DNA from: Eledone cirrhosa
Taxonomy: Eukaryota
Length of the DNA: 64,000 nucleotides
Direction: 5' to 3'
NCBI GenBank assembly: GCA_964016885.1
Contig: OZ024750.1
Span: forward strand, 8,432,001-8,496,000
The position numbers were made by a program, and so were the translations under genes. The notes beneath the pieces were generated by a model that did not search any database, was not told where the DNA came from, and saw nothing but the letters and a program-made list of their open reading frames with translations. Each line of letters starts with the position of its first letter. Positions within the stretch are counted from its first letter, which is position 1. Below are positions 1 to 10,500 of the stretch, piece by piece.

Positions 1-202
1 TGGAAAGACATAGTTTTCTGAATTCCGAGAATTTGACTACTACTGATAATACACTAATTGAACTTAGAAATTGATCAATCACGAACAAGTAAATGTTGGT
101 CGATGACAGCATAACTTTAAACTGAAATCTTCAGTTCAGCCTAAAGCCTAAAGCCTTCTTATATTATATCTAACCTTGAGTCCAAATAAATAGGAGATAT
201 AA

Positions 203-328
203 AATAATAATAATAATGAAATTATTGTGTACAGTGCTCAGGTGCACTACAACTCATCAAAGGTGCATGTATAGTACATAGAATAATGTACAAATGTCAG
301 GAAAATGAACAGTGTACGAGTCATGATA
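203..328 (-). repeat. Second, diverged copy of the LINE 3' end (~126 bp)
   Basis: 203-328 aligns with 329-459 (ttgtgtacagtgc.caggtgcac.acaactcatcaaa ... aaaatgaacagtgtacgagtcatgata); each copy has its own AAT tail. Confidence 0.85.
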
Positions 329-3300
329 TAATAACAATAACAATAATGAAATATTGTGTACAGTGCCCAGGTGCACCACAACTCATCAAAAAAGTGCATG
401 TACAGTACATAGGGCAATGCACAAACATCAGTAAAATGAACAGTGTACGAGTCATGATACACACATGTGTGCATGTGTATGGAAGGGGTACATCAAGTGT
501 AGTTTTGGCGTATTTCGGGAAGCATGAGTGTCTTAAAGGATGCAGTGTCTCGGCAGCTAACAATTGACGCAGGCAGTTTGTTCCATGCTTCAGCAACTCT
601 GAGCGTGAAAAAATGTCTACGAAAGTCATGGGAGCTGTGCTGTTTTCTGATCTTGTAGGCATGTCCACGTGTGTTAGACACATGGAGATCAAAGAGGCGC
701 TCAGGGTTGCAATTGGCGAGATGGTTAAAAACTTTGTGGGTATTCACCAAGTCCATTGCCAGACGTCGGAGCTTCAATGAATCCATGCCCAGGGAAGCAA
801 GGCGTTCAGAGTATGGTAGGTGTCTGATGGAGGGTATGCGCTTGGTTGCACGTCTCTGAACAGTTTCCAGGAGGTCAATGTTCTGAGCAAGATAGGGGTT
901 CCAGACTGATGATGCGAATTCCAAGTGTGGTCGTACCATAGCTGTATACAGTTTTAAATAGATGGCTGGAGAGCGGCTAACAAAGGTCTTGCTGAGTGAT
1001 GCCAAGACACCCTCGGCCTTCTTGACAATCTTAGAGACATGCTTTGTCCAACGCAAATCGTTGCTGACAGTAATGCCCAGGTCACGTTCACAAGAGGACT
1101 TTTTGATATCAGTGTTGTGGAGGGAGTATGTGGACGCTGGATTTTTCCTTCCAAAATGCATGGTGGTACACTTGTCCACAGCCAGCTTCAGTTGCCAGTC
1201 TGTGATCCATTGCTGCATTGTGTCCAGGTCTGATTGTAGGAAAGAGTTGTAAATTTCAGGATCAGTCCTTTTGATTTCAAGGTACAGCTTGATGTCATCT
1301 GCATATTTTAGTACCGTGGCATTCTGTAAGTTGGCATCTATGTCGTTAATATATGCCACAAACAAAAGAGGACCAAGAACAGATCCCTGTGGTACACCAG
1401 ATGACATCTCATATGGTGAAGAATGCTGTCCTAGAACCGTGACTACTTCTTTTCGGCTGAGAATGAAGGATTTCAACCAGTCGAAAAGATCATCCCTCAC
1501 ACCCATTGCAGAGAGTTTTGCCATAAGTCTTTTGTGTGGCACAGAATTAAAAGCCTTAGCAAAGTCAAGGTAAACAACATCCACCCATGAGCCGCTGTCA
1601 GTGATCCGGGTGATATCCTCAAGGAACTCGATAAGCTGATCACAGCAGCTGGAGTTAGGGATAAATCCAAACTGTGAGGGCCGGATGAGGCTGTGAGAGC
1701 TCCAGAAGTTCCAAAGTGTTTCTCTGACACAGGATTCCATCAGTTTGACCATACAGCTAGTAAGACTGACTGGACGATAGTTGACAGGTGACATGCGGTT
1801 GCCCTTTTTGAACAGGGGAATGACACTGGCAGTTTTCCACTGCTCCGGAGTAGCACCATTGTTGAGACAGTATTGAAAGAAGAAAGAAAACTGGCGCAAA
1901 AGGAAATACCCGCCACGTTTGAGAAGCAGGTATGTCACACCATCAAGACCAGGGGAGGCATAGTTGTGCTTATTCTTAAGGTGACGTCGCAACATTGCAG
2001 GTGTAAATTCCATAGTTGTTATGGAATTTGATGTTAGAGATGGTGGAGATGGTACATTCTGGTTTTCAACAGTAAAAATACTTGCATAGCACTCAGCAAT
2101 GAGTTCTGCGCATTCCCTGGGATCGTCAGTGATCTGGCTTGTGTGGGGATTGCAAAGAGGACCAACTGGAGAGTGAGGTCTCTGCTTTGAATGAACATAT
2201 TTCCAGAACACCTTACTGTCATGATTGGTTGCGATGCACTGTTCAAATTCAAGCACTGCCTTCTTTGTCACTTGCTTGAGATGGTTAGAAGATTTATTCC
2301 GCTTTTTTCTGTTGGCATCTGATCTATGCAGTTTATATTCCCGTTCAGCGTTCCGACGTTCTTTCCTGGCAAGTCGGACCGCTGAAGTTTCCCAGATAGC
2401 ACTTTTGGGGTGGTTATTTTTCCGCTTCCGTGGCACTGATGCTGCACATGCTATCCATATTGAGTCCAGGATGCTCTGGAGTATAGAGTTCACATCTCCA
2501 GAGTTATACATCTCATGCCAGTTTGGGCGCTGTAGCTCAGTGCAGTACAAGTTCCAATCCGCCCTCTTCCAATCAAAGTAAGCAGATTGGAGATGGCTCT
2601 GGTTTTTGTTGCTGCCCTCAAGTGCCAGATTGGCAATGATCATAGCATGATCAGAGTCGCCTAGAGGTTCCTCAGTAGTACAACTGATAACCACTTCAGG
2701 AGTAGTGGTGAAGATCAGGTCCAAAGTGTTGTCACCTCTTATTGGAGAGGTGACTACTTGTGACCAGTTTGAGTCCAGCACTAGTTCAAGGAAATCGTTT
2801 GCACCTTGTGGCCAACGAAAGGTTTCCCAATCGATCTCTGGATGATTGAAGTCACCTGCAATAAACACATAAGTGGCTGTTTTCTTGGCAGCAACTCTGA
2901 GGATATCGCAAAGCTGTGTGTCCTGATGGTAGTTTGGGGGGCGATAAACAACACCAAGCAGAAGTGTTGACATGGTCATACGTATGTCACAGAAAAAAAC
3001 TTCTTCCTGTGATTCGTTCAAATCAACGCAAGGAATTACCGAAAAGTTTGAACGAACGTAGACCATCACACCACCACCACGGCGGTTAATGCGGTCCTTG
3101 CGGAAAAGGTTGTACCCAGTAATGCTGAAAACCCCATCACAGAGTAAGGAATGTGCCCATGTTTCCGTGACTGTGATGAAGTCAGGGTCGATGCTTCTGA
3201 CGTAGGATTCGAACAGATGTATCTTGTTGCATAAACTGCGAGCATTTAAGGACAACAATTTGTACCCTGCTCGCAATTTATGATGGTGTGTAGAGGGTGG

Positions 3301-3445
3301 CAGGTTGTTCTGGTTTAGTTTCCCAGAGTTGTAGCAGTTTTTACATTGCCAGTTATTGTGGGTAGATCACACTCAGACCAGCTGGTATCTCTCTTCCACG
3401 TTTCACCAGCCTTGACAAACCTCCAGATCTGCCCATCATCATGCA
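329..3445 (-). mobile_element. 5'-truncated CR1/L2-type LINE copy (ORF1 tail, ORF2, 3' UTR, (TTA/TTG)n tail)
   Basis: ORF2 as above; short 3' UTR ending in an AAT/AAC simple repeat on + at ~329-346; ORF1 C-terminal remnant at 3315-3445. Confidence 0.88.
493..3276 (-). CDS. LINE (CR1/L2 group) ORF2: APE endonuclease + reverse transcriptase, uninterrupted
   Basis: 927-aa ORF. EN motifs LNARSL, VTETW, RKDR-GGGV, AGDFN, LDLIF, SDH. RT motifs NYRPVSLTS, QFGF, YLDFAKAF, GVPQGSVLGPLLF, YADD, ERDLG, VRPHLEF. Begins at TTG, not ATG. Confidence 0.96.
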   Translation of the reverse strand: MRAGYKLLSLNARSLCNKIHLFESYVRSIDPDFITVTETWAHSLLCDGVFSITGYNLFRKDRINRRGGGVMVYVRSNFSVIPCVDLNESQEEVFFCDIRMTMSTLLLGVVYRPPNYHQDTQLCDILRVAAKKTATYVFIAGDFNHPEIDWETFRWPQGANDFLELVLDSNWSQVVTSPIRGDNTLDLIFTTTPEVVISCTTEEPLGDSDHAMIIANLALEGSNKNQSHLQSAYFDWKRADWNLYCTELQRPNWHEMYNSGDVNSILQSILDSIWIACAASVPRKRKNNHPKSAIWETSAVRLARKERRNAEREYKLHRSDANRKKRNKSSNHLKQVTKKAVLEFEQCIATNHDSKVFWKYVHSKQRPHSPVGPLCNPHTSQITDDPRECAELIAECYASIFTVENQNVPSPPSLTSNSITTMEFTPAMLRRHLKNKHNYASPGLDGVTYLLLKRGGYFLLRQFSFFFQYCLNNGATPEQWKTASVIPLFKKGNRMSPVNYRPVSLTSCMVKLMESCVRETLWNFWSSHSLIRPSQFGFIPNSSCCDQLIEFLEDITRITDSGSWVDVVYLDFAKAFNSVPHKRLMAKLSAMGVRDDLFDWLKSFILSRKEVVTVLGQHSSPYEMSSGVPQGSVLGPLLFVAYINDIDANLQNATVLKYADDIKLYLEIKRTDPEIYNSFLQSDLDTMQQWITDWQLKLAVDKCTTMHFGRKNPASTYSLHNTDIKKSSCERDLGITVSNDLRWTKHVSKIVKKAEGVLASLSKTFVSRSPAIYLKLYTAMVRPHLEFASSVWNPYLAQNIDLLETVQRRATKRIPSIRHLPYSERLASLGMDSLKLRRLAMDLVNTHKVFNHLANCNPERLFDLHVSNTRGHAYKIRKQHSSHDFRRHFFTLRVAEAWNKLPASIVSCRDTASFKTLMLPEIRQNYT

Positions 3446-3446
3446 T
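3315..3446 (-). pseudogene. C-terminal remnant of LINE ORF1
   Basis: Reads MHDDGQIWRFVKAGETWKRDTSWSECDLPTITGNVKTATTLGN* and overlaps the open ORF2 frame; ORF1 identity inferred from position. Confidence 0.6.
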
Positions 3447-3890
3447 GATAGAACTTTTAAACATAGCAATTAATTTCCAATACCATCGTCACATCTGCAC
3501 TATCAGCTGATTTGCATTTTTTGCACCTTTTAGTATGGCGGATATTTAAATATATTTACATTACCAATAATATTTAATACGACCCTAAAGTAGTATATGC
3601 AGAAAGTGCTGGACTCTGAAAAAAATTTCTTCTAGTTGTTCATAAATTTGCACCTTTTTCAGTAACCCCTAATATTTTAATATTATTATAAGACTTTAAA
3701 TAATATGTTTGCCATCCTAAAATGGAGAAATTTCAATTTTTTTTAATTAAAATTTTTTTTTAACTAGTTAAGTTTTTCCAAATATCTAAAATTAAAGTTA
3801 ATTTAAGTACTTTTTGTAATTAAAAAAACTGTTAATTTCTCTTTATTAATGTCATATTAAAAATGTTAACTGTAGATAAATAACATTGAT

Positions 3891-5806
3891 ATGATGTCTA
3901 CTGCAAAAAAGCTGAAGTTAGATACCTGCAGTAAGGTTAGACAGTGGTGTGATGATTATGTTAGATATGGATTTCAAAAAGCTGACACTAAAAAAGATAC
4001 ACCAGATCAGCCCATGTGTTTGCTATGTTTAAAAGTTCTATCAAATAGCTGTTTAAATCCTGCAAAACTTAAAAGACACATTGATACTAATCACACCAAT
4101 GATAAAAACAAGTCACTGGAATACTTTACTTCACTGAAAAACAACATTAAAAAATCACAAGCTAATATGTATGACTTGTTTTGTAAAAAGTCATATAGAA
4201 ATAAAGCTTTAACAAGAACATCTTTTGAGATTTCACATTTGATTGGTAAAAACAAGAAACCATTTACATTAGGAGAACAGTTAATTCTGCCAAGTATAAA
4301 AATTGCTACAGAGAATCTTTTTGAAAGCTGCAGTATTAAGGACAAAGAAAAATTAAGCCAGTTACCATTGTCAGCAAATACCGTAAAAAGAGGGATAATT
4401 GATATTTCTTCTGATATAGAAAATCAGATACTAACTGCACTAAAGAAAAGCCCATGTTTTGGACTGCAAGTGGACGAAACTACGGATATTAATAACAAGG
4501 CTCAATTAATTTGCTATGTACGGTTTGTAGACCTTGATAAAAAAGAATTAGTAGAAGAGTATTTGTTTTGTCTGGCATTAGACATCACAACTAAAGGTCA
4601 AGATATATTCAATAAAATTGAAGAGTATTTTTTTAAAAATGGTGTATCTTGGAGCAAGTTGACTTCAATAACAACAATGGAGCAGCTGCAATGACTGGTA
4701 AAAACTCTGGTTTGATTGCAAAAATTAAAGAACAGACCCCAAATTGTATTTCAAATCATTGTATGATTTATCGAGAGGATTTGTGTTAAAAAAAATTCAA
4801 AGACAGAGATGCTCAAATATTAAATGACCAGCTGAAAGACATTGTCAAAATTATCAATTTGATCCATGCAAGAGCAAAAAATTCTAGAATGTTTGAATCT
4901 ATTTGTGAATCTTCTGGAAGTAATTATAATAGATTGTTATTGAACAATGATGTGCGTTGGCTGTCTTTTGGGGATGCTATGAAGAGAGTTTTTGAACTGA
5001 GAGAAGAAATAATAGTTTTTCTAAAAAAAACAGAATGATGAAAGAGCAAGTGTATTAGAAACCAATGAATGGAATGTGCAACTCGCTTATTTAGTAGACA
5101 TTTTTGGAGAACTGAACAAACTAAATAAGTGTCTTCAGGGTAACAATGCAGATATTTTTACTTCAATCAATTTTATTACATATTTTCAATTAAAATTAAA
5201 CATCTTTATAGAAAGAATTGAATCGGACAATTACTTTCAAACCTTGAAATAGAGCTTAAAAAGAGAGAAAATTTTGACTCCAGCAATCTAAAGAAGATTA
5301 TTCTTTCTCATTTAAATGTGCTTTCCACAGGTTTTTCAGATTATTTTGACTTGATGGAAAAAGATATTGTTAGCGGAAATTTATGGATAAAAAACCCGTT
5401 CACCGCGATCGAGCAGTTAGTGTCAGAAAATGACGCTGGAAATTGTAAAAATTTACTACCTGCCCAATGCTTACATCAGTTGATGGATTTGAATTCAAAC
5501 AAAGACCTGAAAGTGATATTCGAAAGCAGAAAGAAAGAACTATGGATCGACTTATTCTTGATTGGGGAGTTTAATGAAATCAGCCAACTTGCATTGAAGT
5601 ATTTGACTTTATTCCCATCTAGCTATTTGTGCGAAAAAGGGTTTTCGCAGTTGTTGGAAATCTGCACAAAGAAGAGGAATAAACTGTCAGCAATTGACGA
5701 GTGTATGAGACTGGCATTAACTAGTGTTGAACTTCGATTTTCTAAACTCACTGATGAGGCGCAGCAGCAGAAAAGCCATTGTGTTCGATTACATACACAC
5801 GCATGA
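3891..5806 (+). pseudogene. hAT superfamily (Buster/Charlie, ZBED5-like) transposase, frameshifted
   Basis: BED finger (CLLC..LKRH...H), KPFTLGEQLI, LSANTV, LQVDETTD, T(D)GAAAMTG broken by a frameshift at ~4677, HCMIYRE, VRWLS, C-terminal FPSSYLCEKGFS-KKRNKL. Confidence 0.93.
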
Positions 5807-5907
5807 AACACTAAAATAAATAAATACTTTATTATTTTTTTTGAAAAGTTTTGTATTGTATAGGTTCCGTGAAGAATTCAAAATATTTAGAGGGTTCCTC
5901 GGTTTTA

Positions 5908-5926
5908 GAAAGGTTGGCGACCACTG
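5908..5926 (-). mobile_element. Right terminal inverted repeat of the hAT element
   Basis: Reverse complement CAGTGGTCGCCAACCTTTC, a Buster-like CAG terminus, followed by 8-bp ATGTAGGT fitting the nnnTAnnn target pattern. Left TIR not found in the window. Confidence 0.8.
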
Positions 5927-6200
5927 ATGTAGGTGACATGTCAAAAGTACTCAGTACACACACTAAAGTAGTCATGTAGGTGACATGACAAAAAGCACCC
6001 AGTGCACAATGTAAAGTGGTCATGTAGGTGACACGACAAAGGTACTCAGTACACACACTAAAGTAATCATGTAGGTGTCACAATAAAAAACCAAGCCACA
6101 AACAGTTCGGTATGAGCAAGACTCGGTCATATGACTGGGACAACTCGAATTACCCATGTTAACATGGAAAGTGGACATCAAACAATGAAGATAATGATGA
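5927..6200 (+). mobile_element. SINE-like repeat with internal ~46-bp tandem units and an RTE-type tail
   Basis: About 3 units of catgtaggtgacatgacaaaaagcacccagt..taaagtggt, then acccatgttaacatggaaagtggac..aatgatga. Related copies at ~15910-16160(-), ~36352-36495(-), ~46745-47035(+), ~11570-11690. Confidence 0.65.
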
Positions 6201-6404
6201 GACCTATACTTATTGGAGGAGTAAATGAGGAACTAAATAAAGTACTTGCTGCTGATAAGGATGATTGGTATAATTATGGCAGCAGGAAGACATGCAATCT
6301 AGGGGTAGTGTGTTGGTTTCATGATCATAAGGTCATGTATTTAATCCCTGATCCAGACAGAATGCTGTGCCCTTCACTACACCTCCTCCTCCTACTGCTG
6401 CTGC

Positions 6405-6590
6405 TGCTTCTTCCACGTATTCCTGAGAGGGTCGTGGGGAGCAGACTCTTTAAACAATCCTTTCAGCAGGTCCTGTCAGAACGGACTGTCTCCAACTGAT
6501 CCGGCTGGATCCCCAAGCAAGACCAACCAAGATCGTGGATGTTACCCAACCATTTTGCTGGGGTTCTACTTTTGGGTCTCCTGTGTGTCC
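6405..6590 (-). mobile_element. RTE-type LINE 3' fragment (family with GAA tail)
   Basis: Homologous to 10942-11082(+), 44586-44690(-), 55468-55515(+), 63790-63985(-). Confidence 0.75.
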
Positions 6591-7273
6591 TTCACAAGGC
6601 ACCTAATTTTATGTTGCTCCAATCGATGCTAATGAAATTATATATTAGCAGCAGTTTTGAGGGGAGGGGGAGGGGACTAATCTTGAGATTGATTGGCATT
6701 CCATCCAATATACTAAAAGCGTGTTTATATTTTCAACATATTACCTTGAATTAACAAACATGAGGATTTGACTAATGGCCTTGCTTATCTATGAGTATGT
6801 ATGTATGTGTGCGTTTGGGCGTTGATATTCTCTCTCTTTCATCCGCTGCCTCCGTCTCTCTCTCCATCTCCCACTATTGTAATGTTAATTATACAACTGT
6901 GAATAATTAAAATATTATAATTTTAAAAATAATAAAAGGAGGCAATAAAAACTGAGGACACCTACGCATTGAATCATACATCGCAACCAGGGACGCTGGA
7001 GTTTCCCCTCTGATAATTGCTGCGGATGATAGCATGGCTAAGACACTGGAATAGTTAAGCATTTGATACATATGTAAAATGTTTCTATCTGAATTCAGTA
7101 AATGAAATAAAGAAAAGATTTTGTTTTTATTAATTAAAGAGAAAAATAAGAAAATGTACTAAAATTGAAAATGACTAATGATCTTTTTTTCAGAGTGGTA
7201 AATTTTAGCATAACACCGGTAAATATTAATTACGAAAATTTGATTTCCACGAAATTTGATTTCCACGAAAACC

Positions 7274-7413
7274 TTGTGTGTTTGTGTAAACCTATTTTGA
7301 CTAATGTGTGTTTATGTAAACCTTTATTAGGCTAAATTGTGTTTATAAACCTTAGTTCGACAGACGTGTGACTATATAAACCTATTTCAGTGAACTTGTG
7401 ACTATATAAACCT
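7274..7413 (+). repeat. Five-copy ~30-bp array: conserved TGTG..TAT.TAAACCT plus variable spacers
   Basis: TAAACCT at 7287, 7317, 7346, 7377, 7407. Confidence 0.85.
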
Positions 7414-7502
7414 TATCTTATGACACAGTTCGTCACATGCACATCAGCAGACGATTGAACTCACTTGATTTGCCGTGAACTGTAAGAAGAGAACCCAAAA
7501 TA

Positions 7503-7516
7503 ATGGCTAACACTAG
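7503..7516 (+). CDS. Aminopeptidase exon 1 (MANT-R), inferred
   Basis: ataATGGCTAACACTAG|gtgaga; good start context; phase-2 donor matches the exon 2 acceptor phase. Confidence 0.7.
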
Positions 7517-10500
7517 GTGAGAGAATTTAATATATATTATATTATGCTATGTTATTTAATATATCAAAATAAATTACAACTATGTGGCAAACAACAACAT
7601 GCCGCTAAAGGGTTTATTCCGAATAAATAACCACAAAAAAAACATGAATATCGCATCATACACGCCCCTAAATGTTGTTTCTATCTATCATTCTATCTCT
7701 TTGTCTGCCTATCTATCTATCTTTCTATCTCTTTGTCTGCCTATCTATCTATCTCTGTCTCTCTATCTATCTATCTATCTCTATCTCTGTCTACCTATCT
7801 ATTTCTCTGTGTATCTATCTATCTGTCTGTCTACCTATAACGCCTCCCCCCCTATTGGGGATTTCGATTGTTATATTTTCATGTTAAAACCTGTTTACAC
7901 GGCTGTATGTAAAATCCCCGCCATATGTCTTTCTATTGTCCCCTTTTCTTGTGCGCCCTTGTGGCAAATAAAGAAATATATCTATCTATCTAAATAAATA
8001 AATAAAAGTATCTATCTATCTATCGGCTTTATAATTAATTTTCACACTAAATTGTTTTATTTCTCAACACAAACCAATACACACCATAACGATTTCCCGG
8101 ATTTACGACTTATCTTTTGTTTTATTTATCGACATCAGTACATAAGTTTTTTTGTTTAATTTCTATGATCGTTTATATACAGTTTTCTTTTTTTTTCTCC
8201 ATTTAGTAACATTTTTATTCACAGCTGTATAAATAACATTACAAATTGCTTACAATTAATTCTTTCAGAATGAAAATATAAACAGATGTTGTTATATTTG
8301 GAGAGGGTTATGTTGTCCTAATATTGCCAGTAAAACACACTGTTTCGATTGGCAAAAACCTTGAAAAACAAATACATTGCCGAAAATATAAACACATATA
8401 ATAAATACATTTAATTATTGCTAGGAACCTCACAAATATAACGCTCCATTGAAATAATTTATATTAAAGTTCTCGTAATTACATTAATGATTAATTAATT
8501 AATTGTTGCTATTATTGTTAATGTGAAATGTTAATTATTTTTTGTTTTAAATATATACATAAATAAGGCATAGGTTAAATATAACGTTCGCGAAACTGAA
8601 AGTGGATTTTCTGACAAGTGAATGTGTTGTTTTTTTTGTTTTTTTTACAATGAAATTTACGATACACTCTGTTTATTTACAACGGGTCTCTATAGTGATA
8701 TGGTGTTAATTAGTATTGCGTGTGTGATTATTTTCTCTTATATATATATGTGTGGGTGTGTATATGTGTGTATATATATGTGTGTCTGTATGTATATATA
8801 TATGTGTGTTTGTATATATATATATGTGTTTGTGTCATCATCATCGAAGTCCCAGATCGAACCCGTGAGACTCTTGTCCCCATCATACAGGAATGGATTT
8901 TGCCAGGAAGCCACATCATGTCCGATGGTTGGGCTTCCTATTCTGATATTGAGGAAATTCAAGGTGGCATTTACCTCCATGATGTTGTTGTGCACCAACA
9001 GAACTTTGTCGATCCTGAAGACCCTAATGTGCACACACAACTCATAGAGAACACTTGGAGCCGTGCGAAGAAAAAGCTCCGTCGACAACATGGGACAAGC
9101 GACGATTTATTCCCCTCGTATTTAGCTGAATTTCTTTGGCGGCAGAGAGTTGGTGCCAACAAATTTGGCGAGATGATCAACTGTATTTCAACTATTTATA
9201 CTGTCTAATAAGGATGTTGATAAGGTACGTCTAATTTTCCGTACACACAATACACAAAAAAAGAAAAAGAAAAAATAATCACACACGCAATACTAAAAAA
9301 ACAAACATATAGAGACCTGTTGTAAATAAACAAAGAGTGTATCGCACCAAAATATACGACCAGAGTGAGGGGAAACAAAAACAAAAACGACCATCAATTC
9401 GCCACCAAGTTCGACTTTCTAGGTTTATTGATTCGTATTTATCTCTCATCCCTATGGAAACATTTTTTTTCCAAACAACGTCCAAGAAGCCACTCAAGTA
9501 AATTTTATACGAATATTAATTGTTTCTACTTTAGGCACAAGGCCAGCAAATTACCCAGTGCATTACTGGTATAATACACATACATATAGACATGGACATA
9601 CATAGAGGTAGACTGACACACCATTGTTACTTTCCCATTCTTTCTTAAATGTGTTTAAAAGAATTTTATTACAGTTGTATAAATTTACAGTAGAATAACG
9701 TTGCAAGTATGTTTTAAATATAAACATAACAATATAACAAATGTCTTAAATAACATTAAAAATTGCTGGCAATTCGTTCAGAAGGACAAATATGTCTAAT
9801 AACACAATATAAATATGGCATAAATCTATACCGGTTGAGAAACTTTGCTTAAATTATGTTTAAAGATGCCCTATTTAAAGATCAATCTCTCTATCAATCT
9901 ATATTTCTCTGGAAGAAATCTGTTGTATTCAGACTTGGAGTGATGGGCTTCGCCAGTTTATGACAATGCCCTAGAAATACCAAATGTCAATACGGCAGCC
10001 CTATGACTGCCTCGGGGGTTACATGCTTGTTTGCATTCAAATCATACTTGATCAAGTGTGAAAGCGTCTATAAAATTCATGATATTCAAACACTAGCCTT
10101 TATTGTTATAATAAACTATAGTTATAGTGAATATTGTAATGAATGGATTCAAAAAGGCACTCAATACATGTGTCAGTGACGTCCGAATGAGTATCTTCCT
10201 CTATCAACTAATTTACCCTCCGTTTCTGGGTCCCGGCCGACAGGGTCAGCTTGGTATGGACTATGAGGAGGATCCGGTTGGAAATATGATCATAGGAGGT
10301 TATGGGAATAGCTTGTTTATTAGTTAGTTACTTTGTTTTTAGATATATATGTTGAACGTAGAATAAAATAAATACTCTTAAGCATTTAAACCGGCCATAT
10401 GTGGCCAGAATTCTTTCACCTCTTCTATCCAAACTGGCCACTCATACTGATATTGAAGTATTGTTCTCAAAATAAATATCAAAATCTCATAGATTCGATA

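Noticed and set aside
671-2581. Short ORFs overlapping the LINE
   Set aside because: Antisense or alternative-frame shadows of the RT ORF.
7274-7413. CRISPR array
   Set aside because: Repeats (~17 nt) and spacers (12-13 nt) too short, repeats drift, eukaryotic context, no cas genes.
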